Source: Anthoceros angustus
Lineage: Eukaryota; Plantae; Anthocerotophyta
Assembly (NCBI GenBank): GCA_010909165.1
Contig: MU008201.1
Coordinates: 372,001 to 436,000, forward strand
Direction of reading: 5' to 3'
DNA length: 64,000 nt
The notes beneath the pieces were generated by a model. It was not told where the DNA came from, made no database searches, and saw only the letters and a program-made list of their open reading frames with translations. The position numbers and the translations under genes are program-made. Below are positions 63,722 through 64,000 of the stretch, in pieces (the first letter of the stretch is position 1; every line of letters begins with the position of its first letter).

Positions 63722-64000
63722 GGAGATGAAATGATGTTTTATAAAAGATAATCTCGTAGGGCCATGAAGTTGGGGATGAGAGGCACTATGAAGTTGGGGA
63801 CGAGTGAGAGATGAAATGATATTTTATAAAAGGTAATCTCGTAGGGCCATGAAGTTGGGAACGAGAGGCACCATGAAGTTGGGGATGAGAGGCACTATGA
63901 AGTTGGGGAAGAGTGAGAGATGAAATGATGTTTTATAAAAGGTAATCTCGTAGGGCCATGAAGTTGGGGACGAGAGGGACCATGAAGTTGGGGATGAGAG
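63722..64000. repeat. Compound satellite: a GAGATGAAATGATGTTTTATAAAAGGTAATCTCGTAGGGCCAT block plus 2-3 copies of a 24-bp GAAGTTGGGGAYGAGAGGCACYAT unit
   Basis: Three higher-order cycles; the array runs off the end of the window. Confidence 0.92.

Noticed and set aside
61720-64000. Repeat-spacer appearance suggestive of a CRISPR array
   Set aside because: Eukaryotic context, the intervening segments are themselves repeated rather than unique, and there are no cas genes.

Overview
Eukaryotic nuclear DNA from a land plant. Short GT-AG introns, compact genes and bryophyte-like protein sequences suggest a seed-free lineage, possibly a hornwort or lycophyte (inference). The left ~38 kb is gene-rich. 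It holds an intronless, highly divergent TATA-binding-protein (TBP) paralog; an inverted, catalytically deleted pseudogene copy of the neighbouring class-3 (DAGL-like) lipase; the intact lipase head-to-head with an intronless VPS16/VCL1; a small two-exon plant-specific gene; a 5'-truncated CRE-type RLE non-LTR retroelement; and a complete multi-exon TRA1/TRRAP. The right ~26 kb is transposon-derived. A second CRE-type element is split inside its endonuclease motif by a 17.2-kb Ty3/gypsy element with an ACAAC target-site duplication (TSD), a tRNA-Asp primer-binding site (PBS) and 4.3-5.1-kb LTRs that appear to carry their own protein-coding frame. Garbled sequence and minisatellites follow. The indel pattern in 39-60 kb suggests a poorly polished consensus. 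The top candidates for novelty are the divergent TBP-like factor and the LTR-encoded accessory ORF with its adjacent repeat array.
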